In this document: piece after piece, positions 61,710-64,000 of the stretch
Layout of the letters: each line of letters opens with the position of its first letter
How positions within the stretch are numbered: the first letter of the stretch is position 1
Assembly (NCBI RefSeq): GCF_000143415.4
Contig: NW_003314276.1
Location: forward strand, 2,355,072 to 2,419,071
Origin: Selaginella moellendorffii
Taxonomy: Eukaryota > Plantae > Lycopodiophyta
DNA: 64,000 nucleotides
Reading direction: 5' to 3'
The notes under the pieces: generated by a model
Seen by the model: only the letters and a program-made list of their open reading frames with translations
What the model was told of the DNA's origin: nothing
Database searches by the model: none
Made by a program: the position numbers and the translations under genes

Positions 61710-62149
61710 CTATCGAGCGTGAGGCTTCCAGCACGAAGACATCTCTTTGACATGCGACGAGTAGGGGTCCTCGGGACCATTTGGAACGTCTCGATCGGGC
61801 TTGGCGACCACCGCCGGAGGATCATTCGATGATGGAGCGGTCTGGAAGTCTCTCCCGCCGCAGCCGCTCGTCCTGTGCTTCATCCGGTACTGCTCCGGAT
61901 CGTCAGGGCCGGATGGAGCCTCTCTTTCGGGATTGGAAACCAGCTTCCTCGACTGGATTGGTCCTGCACCAAGAGAGAACAGCCACACTCGTTAGTATCT
62001 CGGATCATCTCGAGAAAAAATCGAATTTTTTTCTTCTTTTTTTGCTCTGGAACGAACGAACCTCCTCCAACGCAGCGAGTCATGAGTGGAAAAAGCAGGA
62101 GGAGGATGATAGCCACAACACGGTGGCTGCTTTTGGCGGATGGAGTCAT
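61710..62149 (-). CDS. Predicted 113-aa secreted peptide precursor with two CLE-like motifs (exons 62149-62062 and 61963-61710)
   Basis: Exon 1 encodes the signal-peptide-like MTPSAKSSHRVVAIILLLLFPLMTRCVGG. A 98-bp GT-AG intron with a TACTAAC branch point joins it in frame to GPIQSRKLV...REAPSGPDDPEQY...RDVPNGPEDPYSSH. Confidence 0.75.
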
Positions 62150-62758
62150 GGCTTTGGCAGTGATGATGGCCAAAGAAACAGCACAGGAGCTAGCTTAATG
62201 ATTCGAAGCACAGCACAAGTTACACAGAGCAAAGCATCATTCACACCTCCAAGCACAGCGTCACAGAAAAAAAAAGGAAAAAAGAATCACAGAAAATGGA
62301 GGAGCAGAATCATACAACTCTACACTTAAAAACCACTCAACTCTCGTCCAACGATCGACAAAGATCTCTCTAGAACACAAGCAGACCTCAACAAAACGGC
62401 CGTTTGCCACTCCCACTCCACAAAGATCCCGCAAGAACACGCCGTATAAATACCCGAGCGACGATGAGACCTTTGCTCGAGGTACTAATCCGTGCTTGGT
62501 TTCTTCGTTTCTTCCTCTTTCGTGTCTTGTCTTGTCCATCTTTTTAACACACACTTACACACACACAGCGCACAAAGCCTTTTGTTTCCAATTCCAACAC
62601 GGCCAGACAGACACACACAGAAAGATGGAACACAGCTTTTGCATTCATTCCTGATTTGAGAGCTCTCTCGTTTAACGCATGAGGGATGGATTTAACGGAA
62701 CGAATTGGGCAATCAAAGCACAGAATCGTTGGAAGAATAGAAGGAGTCACAGACAAAA

Positions 62759-62808
62759 TGGTGGCGGTGGTGGCGGTGGCGGCGGTGGTGGTGGCGGTGG
62801 CGGTGGCG
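62759..62808 (+). repeat. (GGY)n trinucleotide repeat
   Basis: About 16 GGT/GGC units. Confidence 0.9.
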
Positions 62809-63698
62809 AAGTTTTGGTGGTGGCGAGCAACGTAGCAGCTTTCCAGGCAGACAAAACTTACAGGAAAGAAAAGCTCGCTCCTGCAGAGGAGACAAGCCTC
62901 CACAGATTCCAAATGATTCCTGCCCGGAGCTTGCGAGCCTGCTTGGCTTGGATACAAAAAATCCCACTCGCATCCCACTATAACAAAAAAAAGCCAGTAA
63001 CGATCAAAGAAGAACATTTCATGGCTTGTGGAAAGCCTACAAAAGCAAGACAACCAACTTGTTTTTTTCTAATGTTGTGTCGTGTGGCTTCTTTTGGAGA
63101 ATCAATGTCTCTCGTAGATTCTACTGCGGAAACTCCTTGTTTAATCCCCGCAATGTTTTTCTGTGAGGCAATGGCATGGAATCTCTGGGGCGAGGAGATC
63201 GATGCGTGCTGTCTGTCTGCCTGCCTCTCTGTGTCGAGTTGCTTGCATTATGCTCGAGATCCATGGCGTTGCTCGCCGTGAATTCTTGCGAAGAACAAAC
63301 CTTTGCTCCCGGACTTGTTGATGGGTGTTTGTATGATTCTCGTGGAAACACTACTAAACAATGGGGAATTTGAAAGCACAATCCAAGGATTCCCTATGAT
63401 TGAGCTCACGTTCCACCCGTCTTTATCACTTGGACTGTTCAACAGCCAAAGTTTCTTCCATATTCCAAAGTTCTCTTCCATCTTTCTTGTCGATTTTTGG
63501 TACTCTAGAACTACCAACAATGTCGTGACATAAGCTGGTGCTATATTATAATTTTTCAAAAGTCATTATATACATATTTCAGAAGTTCCAAAATTGAATT
63601 TTTTTTCCCTTTTTTTCTTTCGAATCTTCTTTTGCCTGGCATATTCCCAAAATGTAAAGGACGAGAAAAAAACGGAGAATGAAGCTCGTTTTTTTTTT

Positions 63699-64000
63699 TC
63701 AGTTCAAATCGGGAATGAGCATGGATGGAGGCGTCGATCTGTGATGTAAAGGATCAGGGCCCCCAGGAACATATCGATCCGGGTGGTCGATTTGATGAAC
63801 TTCGCGAACTTCACTGGATCGATTCACATTCACAAGTTTGCGATCATCACCCCCGTGGTGATTCTCAATTGCTACTGTTGCTGCTGCTGCTGCTGCTGCT
63901 GCTTGGTACTCGAGCATCTTTCTTCCCACGAGCTGATTGCTCTCCGGGTGATCCCTGCGTGGTCGCGGTGGGATCCTCTGGCAAGAAGAACTCGTTAGAG
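63699..64000 (-). CDS. CLE: CLE (CLAVATA3/ESR-related) peptide precursor; 5' end lies outside the window
   Basis: The frame is open to the window edge: LTSSSCQR...GRKML...HPD-RYVPGGPDPLHH-RSTPPSMLIPDLN*. The canonical 12-aa CLE motif is at 63741-63776. Confidence 0.88.
   Translation of the reverse strand, partial: LTSSSCQRIPPRPRRDHPESNQLVGRKMLEYQAAAAAAAATVAIENHHGGDDRKLVNVNRSSEVREVHQIDHPDRYVPGGPDPLHHRSTPPSMLIPDLN

Noticed and set aside
62679-63281. 200-aa poly-Gly ORF
   Set aside because: Driven by a GGY microsatellite, with no recognisable domain; it lies between two minus-strand peptide genes.

Overview
Eukaryotic plant DNA. The very short introns (50-100 bp), GC-rich intronless PLS-class PPR genes and divergent ABCB/AP2 genes suggest a lycophyte such as Selaginella; this is an inference. 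Apparently intact genes: PLS-E PPR-A (20863-23643 +), an 8-exon double-AP2 transcription factor (49092-51078 +), PPR-B (52710-54470 -), a full-size ABCB transporter (57520-61557 +), and a CLE peptide gene cut by the window end (63699-64000 -). A two-exon secreted-peptide gene with two atypical CLE-like motifs (61710-62149 -) is split across two ORF-track entries. The rest is transposon-rich. It holds a WEE1 pseudogene among Helitron pieces, two decayed copies of an AP2/PPR-A/PPR-B cassette, two copies of a 1.14-kb-LTR family, and Gypsy remnants. It also holds a four-level self-nested LTR family with a 12-bp satellite (26959-38999) and two Cassandra-type TRIM elements whose LTRs carry a 5S rRNA internal promoter segment. 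All alignments were done by eye; no database searches were run.
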